A DNA stretch of 64,000 nucleotides from Candidatus Hydrogenedentota bacterium (GCA_963668025.2 CAXXTH010000017.1:1056001-1120000), one strand, 5' to 3'. Shown: positions 21,258 to 30,635, numbered from the stretch's first letter. The notes: a model not told the origin generated them from the sequence alone. Translations and numbers: made by a program.

Positions 21258-21731
21258 TTACTCCAAAGGCGCTATCTGATTTATTAGCGTGCATTGGCTG
21301 GCTCGTTCCCAGTTCTCCTGTACTTCAATTGCATGCAGATCGATCCATTCTCGAACGAGTTTAGTTGCCGTTTTCGATTGTAGATCACCGGCTAAAATAT
21401 TACCTCGAAAGTCAAACAATGCTTTTACTCCATACTAATATCTGGCAAAACGTTATTTTCTTGAGAAGATTCTCTTGGGAAACCAATATGTATTAACTGG
21501 TTAGAACTTACGATTTATATATTATCATGGCAGATGTATCCTTTGAACGGTGGGGCAAGCCCCACCCTACCTTTAAAATTTTAGTGTAATTAGTGTATTT
21601 CGTGGTTTAAATATCCGAATCTTTGGTTGCGGCTGCGCCGCGCTATGATATTCTATGTGGAGATTTGGGGGATTATGATCTTCATAAAACAATCGGACGA
21701 CAATCCCGAAAAACATAGAAATCACAGGTAT
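21258..21731 (-). pseudogene. DUF4160 family gene, interrupted
   Basis: 5' half (I)PVISMFFGIVVRLFYEDHNPPNLHIEYH at 21731-21645 and 3' half GVKALFDFRGNILAG...VREWIDLH...ENWERA...IAPLE* at 21431-21258, split by ~213 bp; start codon reads ATA. Confidence 0.85.
21432..21644. repeat. Composite insertion of REP/MITE-like elements
   Basis: On the minus strand it contains AGCGCGGCGCAGCCGCAACC and the GTAG-GGTGGGG-CTTG-CCCCACC hairpin; lies between the DUF4160 halves. Confidence 0.65.
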
Positions 21732-21765
21732 TACTGAATTTTCGCTCCGTGTCACCAATCTTTCA

Positions 21766-23505
21766 TTAATCCGCCGCAGACACGCGCAGCACTTCTTCGA
21801 TGGTGGTCATGCCATGAGCGGCCTTGGACAGGGCGTTCTGGCGCAAGGTGCTCATGCCGCATTCGATGGCGCGCCGTTTGATGTCGCTCGAGGTCGCGCG
21901 TTTCATGACCAATTCCTGGAGTTGCGGATAATTGGGCATGGCTTCAATGACCGCGAGGCGGCCGCTGTATCCGGTGTCTTTGCATTTGGCGCAGCCGCGC
22001 CCGCGCACGAATTGCGGGGGCGGAGCGCCTTCAGGATGGCGGTATTGGATGCGCTGGAGCACTTCGTCCGGCACTTTGATGGTCTGTTTACAGTTTGAAC
22101 AGACCTTGCGCATCAGGCGCTGCGCCGCCGCGAGGCCCACGGAAGATTGCACGAGGAAAGGCTCGACGCCCATATCGGTGAGGCGGGTGAATACGCTTGC
22201 GGCGTCATTGGTGTGCAGGGTGCTCAGCACCAGGTGGCCGGTAAGGGCGGCCTTGACCGCGATATCGGCGGTTTCTTCGTCGCGGATCTCACCCACCATC
22301 ACGATGTCGGGGTCTTGGCGCAGAATACTGCGCAATGAGGCCGCGAAGGAGAGGCCGATTTCGGAATGCACCTGCACTTGGTTGATGCCGAACAAGTCAT
22401 ATTCGACGGGGTCTTCGACCGTCACGATATTGCAGTCGGGTTTGTTGAGCTTGTGGAGTGCGCTGTAGAGCGTGGTGGTTTTGCCGCTTCCCGTGGGGCC
22501 TGTCATCAAGATCATCCCAAAAGGGAGCTTCAAGGCGTCATTAAACGCTTCCATAGGCTGTCTTTCGAAACCTAGGGCGTCCAGGTCAAGGGTCAGATTG
22601 CCCTTGTCTAGAATACGCGCCACGATCTTTTCGCCATGGGAGCAGGGCAAAAACGAAATACGGAAGTCGACTTCGCGGCCCTTATATTTAATGCGGAACC
22701 GGCCGTCTTGAGGAACGCGGTGTTCCGCGATATCGAGGTCGCTGAGGATTTTGAACCGGGAAGTCAAGGCGGCTTGGACGCTCTTCGGGGGGTTTTTGGT
22801 TTCCTCGAGCATGCCGTCGATACGGTAGCGGACGCGTAGTGTGCGCTCGAAGGGCTCGATGTGAATATCGCTCGCGCCGGAATCGAGGGCACTGGCGATA
22901 ATAAGGTTTACGAGCCGGATGACCGGGCCTTCTTCCGCCTCGAGTTTGAGTGTGCCGATATCGCCAATGTCATCTTTTTCCTCGATGACATCCAATGTGT
23001 CGCTGACGCCGTCATCCGCTAAAAGCTCGTTATAGAGTTCCGAGTTTTGTTTGCCGCTGTAATGGCGGTTGATGGCGGCGCTCAACTCGGACGCCACGGC
23101 GACAACAGGCTCGATCTCATAGCTGGTGAGCATGCGGAGATCGTCGAGCGCCATGATGTTGAGCGGGTCCGACATGGCAAGGGTGAGCACGTCGCCGGTC
23201 ACGGAGACGGGAAGCATTTGGTATTGGCGGGCCAGGGATTCGGGCACTTCATTGAGCACTTCCTGGGCGATTTTATAATTGGCCACCCGGATATGGGGTA
23301 TGCCGAGCTGGTCGCTGAGCGTCACGACCAAGTCTTCCTCGCTGAGGTAGTTTTTGCTGAGTAAAATGCTGGCGAGGCTCTGGCCGGTGGCGCGTTGTAT
23401 GCTGACGCATTCGCGCAGTTGTTCGTCGGTGATAAGCCCCTGTTCGAGAAGGACATCACCCAGCCTGCGCTTGGCTGTTTTTGTCAATTTTCGGTCTCCT
23501 GCCAT
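21766..23505 (-). CDS. pilB: Type IV pilus assembly ATPase PilB with N-terminal MshEN
   Basis: RLGDVLLEQGLI MshEN, ASDIHIEP, PQDGR, GPTGSGKTTT, LRQDPD, CxxC...CxxC; start at ATG 23505 after a G-rich RBS. Confidence 0.93.
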   Translation of the reverse strand: MAGDRKLTKTAKRRLGDVLLEQGLITDEQLRECVSIQRATGQSLASILLSKNYLSEEDLVVTLSDQLGIPHIRVANYKIAQEVLNEVPESLARQYQMLPVSVTGDVLTLAMSDPLNIMALDDLRMLTSYEIEPVVAVASELSAAINRHYSGKQNSELYNELLADDGVSDTLDVIEEKDDIGDIGTLKLEAEEGPVIRLVNLIIASALDSGASDIHIEPFERTLRVRYRIDGMLEETKNPPKSVQAALTSRFKILSDLDIAEHRVPQDGRFRIKYKGREVDFRISFLPCSHGEKIVARILDKGNLTLDLDALGFERQPMEAFNDALKLPFGMILMTGPTGSGKTTTLYSALHKLNKPDCNIVTVEDPVEYDLFGINQVQVHSEIGLSFAASLRSILRQDPDIVMVGEIRDEETADIAVKAALTGHLVLSTLHTNDAASVFTRLTDMGVEPFLVQSSVGLAAAQRLMRKVCSNCKQTIKVPDEVLQRIQYRHPEGAPPPQFVRGRGCAKCKDTGYSGRLAVIEAMPNYPQLQELVMKRATSSDIKRRAIECGMSTLRQNALSKAAHGMTTIEEVLRVSAAD

Positions 23506-23825
23506 ATGGCGTCCCCCCAGGTGCGCCCAATATCCGAACGCACTGGGCATAGCCCAGGCGGCTTACTTGGGCAACGAAGCTATTATCTCATATTCCAGCG
23601 TAAAACGTGTAGTGGCGGATTACTCCCCAAATCACCCGATACGGTTTTTTGTATCATACTTGATAGCGTTACAACTCAATCTAGGCAATCACTTTTAACG
23701 CAAAGGCGCGGAGAACGCGGAGGTCCGCAAAGTAGAAAAATCATTTTCAAACAGTTTTTCGCACCTTCGAGAGTGAACTCCGTAAGCGGCAATGGAGAAG
23801 AGCGGATTCTCGGCGGCGCTTCGGA

Positions 23826-26144
23826 TTATTCCGTAACGTCTTCGCCGATATGTCCGAGTATTTCGCCCACGAGGTCCGCCGTGACGGTTTGCCCCATGAG
23901 ATCGGCATACGCGATGATTTTGCGGAGTGCGCCGGTCATTTTGCGCACGTCGCTCGAGACGCGGGTGGCGATGAGCACCAGCAGTTCTTCGGGCACATTC
24001 GCGCTGGCCTGTTTGACTTGGTGGCGCAAGATGCTGAGGCGGGTTTCCCATTCGGGAGGGACGAGGCAGGTGACGATACCGCTGCCGAAACGGGAGACGA
24101 GTCGTTTTTCGAGCTGGCCGAGCCGGTCGGGGGCTTTATCGCCGGCGATAATGATTTGGCGGCCTTCTTCGTGGAGGGTGTTGAAGATGTGGAAGAATTC
24201 TTCTTGCGCTTCGATGCGGCCGCCCAGGAATTGGATGTCATCGAAAATGAGGACATCCCATTGGCAATAGTTTTCGCGGAATTCATCCAGGGTGCGTTCT
24301 TGAAGGGCGTCCATGAGCTTGCGTGCGAAGCGGCTTGATGAAACAAACCCGACGCTGGCATCCGGCTCGGATTGGAGGATGGCGTTGCCGATCGCGTTGA
24401 TCAAGTGGGTTTTTCCGAGGCCTACGTCGCCATGAACAAAGAACGGATTGTAGCTTTCTCCGGGATTTGCGGCCACGGCGGTACTGAGGCGGAGGGCGAA
24501 TGCATTGGCTTTTCCGCAGAAAAACGTATCGAAGGTATAACCGGCGAGGGGGGATTCCGACTCGAGGGCCATTTGGATGCGGTCGTCAATATGAAGCTTG
24601 ACGCCGGGGCCTTCCATGGCTTCGAGGATATCTTGTTCAGTTTTTCCGAGCAGGGCGGCGGCTTGGCGGCGTTTGCGCTGGGCTAATCCGCCATGTTGGA
24701 GCGAGCGGCGGGTGAGGGTGCTGACGGAAGCGATTTCAACTTGGTCGGCGGCGCGCTGGGCTTCTTTTTCCGCGCGGGAGGCGGCCTCTTGTGCGGCTTG
24801 GGTGGCGGCGAGAAGCTGGGCGGTTTGGTTTTCCTGGCTGGCCATGGCGGTCTGAATGGCGGCTTGCGCGGCCTGTGCGGCCTGCATGGCGGCTTCCGTG
24901 AGCTGGGCCATGCGCGCTTCCTGCGCCGCTTGGCTGAGCTGAATGGTTTCGAGTGCTTCGATGGCGGCGCCGCCCAACGGTTCGCGGTTCAATTCTGTTT
25001 CAGGCTGGCCGGCTGTTTCGGCTTTGGAGAGAAGCGACTGAGCGCGCAGCATCTGGGCCATGTCGCCCAGGGCTTCCCGCATTGCGTCGCGCAGGCTGCC
25101 ATGCATCACCTGCGCAAGCTCCTTTGGCGACGGCCCGGCGGGCGGGGCGCTTTTCACCACGGTGCTCATGGCTTCTTTCATGGCGTCTTGCAGGGTGGCG
25201 CGCATCTCGCTCACGACGGCGCGCATGGTGGCTTCCGGCGCGTCGGACGCCCGGGGCGTGATGCTGGATAGGGAGTCGCGCATGGCTTCCCGGACGCTTT
25301 CGCGCATGATGGCCGCGATATCGGCCGCGCTGGGCGTAGTGGAAGCAGGCGCTCGTTCGGCTGCACGGCGCACTTGCTCGGCAATGGCGAGGGCGGCGTC
25401 TTGCATGGCCCCGTGGACGCTTGCGCCCACGGCGCGGGCTAATTCCTGCGTGTCAATCGCAGGGCCTTGCGTAAAGTAAGCGTGGCGTGGCGGCGCTGTT
25501 TCCAGCGCTGTTTCGATTGCTTCGTTTTCCTCTTCCTCCTGCGGAAGAATTGGCTCGGGCGGTGGGGCGGGCGCTTCCTCTTGGGGAGGGAGATGCCGCA
25601 AGGCGGCCAATCCGAAACTGGCCATGCTGGTTTCTTCCGCGGATTCTTGGGAGCGCTTGAATAGGCGGCTGGCCACCTGAATGAAGTGGTTGTATTCGCA
25701 TAAAATGGGCTTTATTTTCAGATCGGGGCATGCCGTACGCACTAATTCGAGCGCCCGATCATCCAGGGGATCCACCATGGCGACGGTGAGGATCTTCCCG
25801 AGTCTATCAATGGGCAGCACGCCATGCTCGAAGCAGGTTTCGGCGGGCATGAGGGAGAGAATGTCTTCGGCAATGTGGTAATCGAGCAGGTTAATGTGCG
25901 GGATGCGGCATTGTTTGACGAGAAAGGTGAGCAGCACGTCTTGCTGGATATGCCCCAGTTCGACCAATGTTTGGCCTAGAAACGCGCCGGTTTCTTTTTG
26001 GCGTTCGAGGGCCTCCTCGAGCTGCTTGGGGGTGATGATCCCTTCCTCGAGCAGAATATCGCCTAACCGGCGGCGATTGGGGGTTAGGCTGTCCACACCC
26101 GGCGCGGAGTCGTCCGCGTCGTTTCTTTTCATTCGTCTAAACAT
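23826..26144 (-). CDS. MshEN/T2SSE_N + helical-repeat linker + DnaA-type AAA+ domain fusion, no domain IV (start 26144 or 26195)
   Basis: N-terminal RLGDILLEEGIITPKQLEEALERQ; C-terminal YTFDTF..GKAN, YNPFFVHGDVGLGKTHL, DDIQFL, QEEFFHIFNTL, RLVSRF, PPEWETR, SDVRKMTGAL. Confidence 0.88.
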   Translation of the reverse strand: MFRRMKRNDADDSAPGVDSLTPNRRRLGDILLEEGIITPKQLEEALERQKETGAFLGQTLVELGHIQQDVLLTFLVKQCRIPHINLLDYHIAEDILSLMPAETCFEHGVLPIDRLGKILTVAMVDPLDDRALELVRTACPDLKIKPILCEYNHFIQVASRLFKRSQESAEETSMASFGLAALRHLPPQEEAPAPPPEPILPQEEEENEAIETALETAPPRHAYFTQGPAIDTQELARAVGASVHGAMQDAALAIAEQVRRAAERAPASTTPSAADIAAIMRESVREAMRDSLSSITPRASDAPEATMRAVVSEMRATLQDAMKEAMSTVVKSAPPAGPSPKELAQVMHGSLRDAMREALGDMAQMLRAQSLLSKAETAGQPETELNREPLGGAAIEALETIQLSQAAQEARMAQLTEAAMQAAQAAQAAIQTAMASQENQTAQLLAATQAAQEAASRAEKEAQRAADQVEIASVSTLTRRSLQHGGLAQRKRRQAAALLGKTEQDILEAMEGPGVKLHIDDRIQMALESESPLAGYTFDTFFCGKANAFALRLSTAVAANPGESYNPFFVHGDVGLGKTHLINAIGNAILQSEPDASVGFVSSSRFARKLMDALQERTLDEFRENYCQWDVLIFDDIQFLGGRIEAQEEFFHIFNTLHEEGRQIIIAGDKAPDRLGQLEKRLVSRFGSGIVTCLVPPEWETRLSILRHQVKQASANVPEELLVLIATRVSSDVRKMTGALRKIIAYADLMGQTVTADLVGEILGHIGEDVTE

Positions 26145-26345
26145 GCCGTCTCGCGGCTCCCTGCTGCACCTATTGCTCTGGATGAATGGTATCATTCAGG
26201 AACATGGCGGTCAAGCGATTTTCTTGCGTAACCCTTTAATCATCAATTAGTTGTCAAATGAAGCTAGCTTGAACGAGCTTGGATGTGTGATGTATGGCCG
26301 TGCATACCTGCCGCATCTGTTTGTTGTATGAAGGAATAAAATCCC

Positions 26346-26368
26346 GTGGCATAGGCATCCCGCCCATG
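26346..26368. repeat. REP-like palindrome
   Basis: GTGGCATAGGCATCCCGCCCATG. Confidence 0.65.
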
Positions 26369-26480
26369 GAGCGTTTGGATATTTTGAGGCGCTGTAGTGG
26401 GTTACTTCAAAAATAGGGCTGGCCAGCCGCAGGTAGAAAGAGGGGCGTGTAGGATTCGCGCTTTTTTGAAAAGGAGGTTT

Positions 26481-29400
26481 TCAGGAAAAGAGCCTTTCGC
26501 GCATCAGGCAGGCGAAGCCCGCCATCAGTACGGGAAGAATGGCGGCGCGCATGGGCGCTTGGGGGACACTGTCCGCATTATATGGGTCCGTGCCGAGGGC
26601 TATTTCCACCGCGTCTGGAACGCCATCGCCATCCGCGTCGTGTGTGGGATTATAGGTGATGGTTATATCGGCGCTTCCTATTTCAGCGCCGCTGGCGTCC
26701 AGGGCGGTGATATGCAGCATATTCTGGCCAAGAATCAAGGGGAGCTCGATGCGCCATTCGGTTTCGTTTGGGGGGTGGGCGTAACGGACGCCATTCACGT
26801 CTAGTTCCGCCATGCCGGTTTCGCATGCGCCCTCCAAGGTAAAAGGGGAGATGCCAGTGGTGAAATCCTGCCCATAATTCGTGGAGATGAGCAGGGGTGG
26901 CCCGGGGCCTTCGCCGCCGGTGAGTTTGAAAATCCGCTGTTCGTTTTGCTCGAAGTCTGCACTCCAACTGGTGATGGCCGTTCCGATGAGGGCATTTGCG
27001 GTTACGTCAACGACATCCACGGGCGAGGCTCCGTCTTCGAGAATGGAAATGTCGTCGAAGGCGATATTTGTGGCGGCATACGTTCCATACACCTTCAACA
27101 ACACCCGCAGTTCGTTTGTGTAGTCGGCGGCGGTGTTCGAGAAGGTGAAATCGCCGGAAAAGGAAGTCCAGGATTTATCTTGCAGCGGCGAAGCCGTTCC
27201 CGTGGCGAGCACCGCCGTGTAGGACGCCGTACTCCATTCATGGGGTTGAAACACCAGATAGATGTAATCCGATGCGCCTGCGGCGCTGGCGTCCAGGCCA
27301 TCTATGTATACGCTGCCGGAAACGTGATAGGTTTTGCCTTGTTCCGCCTGGAGGGTGATGCCAAGCGGTTCCGAATACTGGCCGGGCGTGCTCGTGAACG
27401 GCCCTGTTTGCAGGGCGTTCGCGCCCGTATGGGCGAGCGCGCTGGTGGCGGTGCAGACAGGCAACGCGCCATACGAGGGGCTTATCCAGCAGCCGAATCC
27501 GCTTGTGGGCAGCGCGCCGGTGAATTTCTCGAAGCCGCCGTTGGGCGCTTTTTCGCCTGGAATCTGGAAGCAGCGCCTGCCGCCGCGCTCCCGCGCATAC
27601 ACATATAAATAGCGGCCATTGTAGTTAGCGGCGTCCGCCGTGCTGAGCGTGCCGGCATCCACCAGCAAGTTGATTCCGGCATACCGCGCCAGGCTCCGCA
27701 CGAGCGGAGCAGACAGGCTGGGAGCGCCGCAGAAGACGCTGTTCCATTCATTATTTTCTTGTAGCAGCAACGCGGGCAGCCCGTTGCCGCTATAGGTTCC
27801 CAGTGTGGTGAAGCCGCCTTTGGTGGAATCGCCATAAAACGAGGGGGCGATTGTGGAGGCGGACCCGAAGGCATGCCCAGCGAGGCCCTGTGCAATAGGT
27901 GATACGCCCGCCGCCATGGTGATAGTGGTATTGGCGGGCGCCGCGTTTTTCAGGAGTGGGAAGCCTGTGATGTCCTGCATATCCGCCAGCGAAAGGCCGG
28001 TTTCATTCACGTAGCCTGGCGCATACAGCCACACGAGGGTATGGCCGTTGTTTTTAGCGCCTTCCACGAGCGCCCGTTCATTCGCGGCCATGCGGAACGT
28101 ATTGACGAAAACATACAGTTTCACGCTGGATGGGATATTCGGAAGGTCTTGGATATGGTAATACCCCACGGGAACGCCGGATTCCTGGAAAACGCTCCGC
28201 TGCGCATAGGCGTTGGGCTGGGTGAGTGCGTTGCAGCCGGATTTGAGCCAGTAATAGGTTTCTTCGTCATAGATAAGGGCAACGCTTGGTTTGTAGGCCA
28301 TCGCGGCGTCAATGGAATCCTTGTAGGTTTCAGAAACCACGGCGTTGTTGCTCCAGATCGAAGGGGAGTTGAACCGCCCATCGGCCCATAGGTCCATCCA
28401 CCATAGTGCTTGATTGTGAGCGATGACATTGCCGTAATCGCGGCGCAGGCATTGCATGGTGTCCCATTCCGTCGAATACCAGGGATTAAAATTGTCCGGA
28501 TTTCCGCTGGGGTTCACCACATAGGTGTTCGAGTCGTTCTCCTGCAAGTACATTTTGCCCGAGAGCGCCACGGAATCCACCATGGACATCATGTTGCATG
28601 GCCCGCCTATTTGCCGGTCAAAATACGATACGGGGCTGCATAGGATATCGATGTCCGGCGATTCGAGGAGCCGCCGCAGGGCCAAGTGGCCCGAATGGGC
28701 GATGCCCCGGGTATAGCCGTTATTGATCAATTCGGTTTGATAGCCGTAGAAGGCGGCCACCAGGGATTTATGGCTGGTGAGCTGTTTGACGAAGGCCGCC
28801 AGCTCCGCGATGCGGTCCGCCACGAGGTTGTTATGGTATTCACAATAGTCTGGCACGGCGCGCTGTTTGGCGGGATCGCGAAAAAAGCCGTCATCGCCTT
28901 TTTGCCATTCGGCGGCGGAGGGGATGGAGATGGCGTTGAACGCGGCGTAGCTGGTTCTCCATGCGGTGTTCAGGTTCTCGATGGAGCCGTACCGTTTTTC
29001 GAGCCAGGCCACATACCGCAAGCGGTTCACTTCGCTATAGTCCCAAAAGCTAGATGCGATCTCGGGGTAGAACCACTCACCTCCGGATAGATAGGTGAGA
29101 TGATAGCCGATGATGCGGTCTTTGTAGGGCGTGTTGTGGAAAAAGCGCACCAGGCTCTCGATTTGAGCTTTCGCGTCGGTAATGAATATATCCGAGGCGA
29201 GTGAAGGCCCGGCGGCATAGGAGGTTTGCCCGCCGTTTTCGTCCACGAAGAGCTGATCGGCGTGGTTGGTTTTCCATACCGCGGAGGGGAAGATGGAAAT
29301 GCGCGGCAGAATCCATGCGTTGGGATTCGCCTGGAGCAGGAGGTCCGCCATGCCCGTGCTCATGCCCTCCCAGGGCAGATTGATGGGGATTTGCACCAGG

Positions 29401-30146
29401 TTGACGCCCGCCGACGCCGCCAGGGCGGCTTCTTCGTAGACAGCCGGATTGCCCGAATTGCCGAAGAAAAAATCGGGCGTTTGCACATTGCCGTTGATGT
29501 ACAAGCGTGGCGAGCCGTTGCGATCCCGTTTGATTTCCGCATGGGGAATGTCTGCAGAAAGCTCCCCTGGTGTGTCCATGATCTCCATGGATACGCTATC
29601 CAGGCAGGCCGCGCCCGAGACAATGCCCGTATTGAGCACCATCTGGATGTCCGCGCGGGTTGCGCCTTGCGGCAATGCACTCACGATTTCGACCGGCATA
29701 TACTCGTGGGTTCCCGCATAATCACCATTGGCGTAATGGTAGGCGAGTACTTGGCTCGAAGCGTTCCAGATGGCCACCACAAAGCGGAGGCCTTGATTGG
29801 GATTTGCCAATTGGAGGTTTTCCGTCTTGATGCAGAGCCGCACTTTCAAGAGCGAGCCTGCGGGCTGTGTGGCCACGCTTACGCCATTATGGAGAATCAA
29901 CAGGCTCTCCGTCCCGCCGAAGGCGGTTAGCGCCGCGGCATACGAGCCTTCATATATGTGGTCCGCATTGTTGGTTGTATTCCAACTCAGGGCTTGGCTG
30001 TCTGGATTGTATACGGTCCAACCGCTGGTGTTGCCTTGCTCGAAACCGCCATTGGGGAGGTTGAGCATGGCGCTCGAAGCTTCTGGAGCGCCAATCAGCG
30101 TTATGAGGCATAGAATTGCGATGGGGATGTGTGCCAGAACAAGCAT
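26481..30146 (-). CDS. Secreted multidomain glycoside hydrolase (GH42/beta-galactosidase-like) with CBM-like modules and C-terminal membrane anchor
   Basis: Signal peptide after AAGGAG RBS; two NGGFE jelly-roll modules; GGEWFY, YGSIENLNTAWRTSY, SPVSY core; C-terminal DxDGDG, TM segment and basic tail. Confidence 0.7.
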   Translation of the reverse strand: MLVLAHIPIAILCLITLIGAPEASSAMLNLPNGGFEQGNTSGWTVYNPDSQALSWNTTNNADHIYEGSYAAALTAFGGTESLLILHNGVSVATQPAGSLLKVRLCIKTENLQLANPNQGLRFVVAIWNASSQVLAYHYANGDYAGTHEYMPVEIVSALPQGATRADIQMVLNTGIVSGAACLDSVSMEIMDTPGELSADIPHAEIKRDRNGSPRLYINGNVQTPDFFFGNSGNPAVYEEAALAASAGVNLVQIPINLPWEGMSTGMADLLLQANPNAWILPRISIFPSAVWKTNHADQLFVDENGGQTSYAAGPSLASDIFITDAKAQIESLVRFFHNTPYKDRIIGYHLTYLSGGEWFYPEIASSFWDYSEVNRLRYVAWLEKRYGSIENLNTAWRTSYAAFNAISIPSAAEWQKGDDGFFRDPAKQRAVPDYCEYHNNLVADRIAELAAFVKQLTSHKSLVAAFYGYQTELINNGYTRGIAHSGHLALRRLLESPDIDILCSPVSYFDRQIGGPCNMMSMVDSVALSGKMYLQENDSNTYVVNPSGNPDNFNPWYSTEWDTMQCLRRDYGNVIAHNQALWWMDLWADGRFNSPSIWSNNAVVSETYKDSIDAAMAYKPSVALIYDEETYYWLKSGCNALTQPNAYAQRSVFQESGVPVGYYHIQDLPNIPSSVKLYVFVNTFRMAANERALVEGAKNNGHTLVWLYAPGYVNETGLSLADMQDITGFPLLKNAAPANTTITMAAGVSPIAQGLAGHAFGSASTIAPSFYGDSTKGGFTTLGTYSGNGLPALLLQENNEWNSVFCGAPSLSAPLVRSLARYAGINLLVDAGTLSTADAANYNGRYLYVYARERGGRRCFQIPGEKAPNGGFEKFTGALPTSGFGCWISPSYGALPVCTATSALAHTGANALQTGPFTSTPGQYSEPLGITLQAEQGKTYHVSGSVYIDGLDASAAGASDYIYLVFQPHEWSTASYTAVLATGTASPLQDKSWTSFSGDFTFSNTAADYTNELRVLLKVYGTYAATNIAFDDISILEDGASPVDVVDVTANALIGTAITSWSADFEQNEQRIFKLTGGEGPGPPLLISTNYGQDFTTGISPFTLEGACETGMAELDVNGVRYAHPPNETEWRIELPLILGQNMLHITALDASGAEIGSADITITYNPTHDADGDGVPDAVEIALGTDPYNADSVPQAPMRAAILPVLMAGFACLMRERLFS

Positions 30147-30334
30147 GAGAACAAGCTCCTTTTCCTGAGGCGGTATGTACAGATTCATGCTACTGATTTT
30201 GGCGGTATTGCGCCTTCACAATCTCAAAAGCGAATAGGACAATCTAGCGTATCTGTGTTGCGGAAGATATTGGAATGCGTGATTTGTTTACTGGAATAGA
30301 GGGGCTAGGCCCGGCGGGAAAAACGGAAGGCTGC

Positions 30335-30364
30335 TTGACAACAGAGGGGGAGGCAGGATATACT
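30335..30364 (+). promoter_or_regulatory. Near-consensus sigma-70 promoter
   Basis: TTGACA-N18-TATACT, about 50 nt before ORF 30414. Confidence 0.7.
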
Positions 30365-30413
30365 GAATATATTAACAGGTATATGATGGCGAAGGCCTTC
30401 AAGGAGGTCCATT

Positions 30414-30635
30414 ATGGCGACCGCACCGTATCTGTTCGAGATGGAGCCGTTCAAGGTCCGGCGCGCCATGCGTTTTCGGAGGACATCCGCGCCGCTGCCC
30501 AGCGGGGTGCGAAATGCGCTTGATCATTTAAAGCAAGTGCTGGACGCCTTGCCGCCGGAGGAAATAGAACGGCGCCGGCAACGGTATGAGCGGGTTTGCG
30601 GGATAACTGGGCCGCGCTTGCCAAGATCGAGTTGA
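30414..30635 (+). CDS. Small hypothetical protein, 73 aa
   Basis: AAGGAGG RBS and upstream sigma-70 promoter; no family recognised. Confidence 0.6.
   Translation: MATAPYLFEMEPFKVRRAMRFRRTSAPLPSGVRNALDHLKQVLDALPPEEIERRRQRYERVCGITGPRLPRSS

Noticed and set aside
21573-21758. 61-aa ORF as an independent gene
   Set aside because: It is the 5' half of the interrupted DUF4160 gene reading into the inserted repeat.
23826-24540. Calling this gene the chromosomal dnaA and the region oriC
   Set aside because: It has no domain IV or domain I, no dnaN/gyrB/rpmH neighbours, and no DnaA-box cluster was seen in the flanking intergenic DNA.
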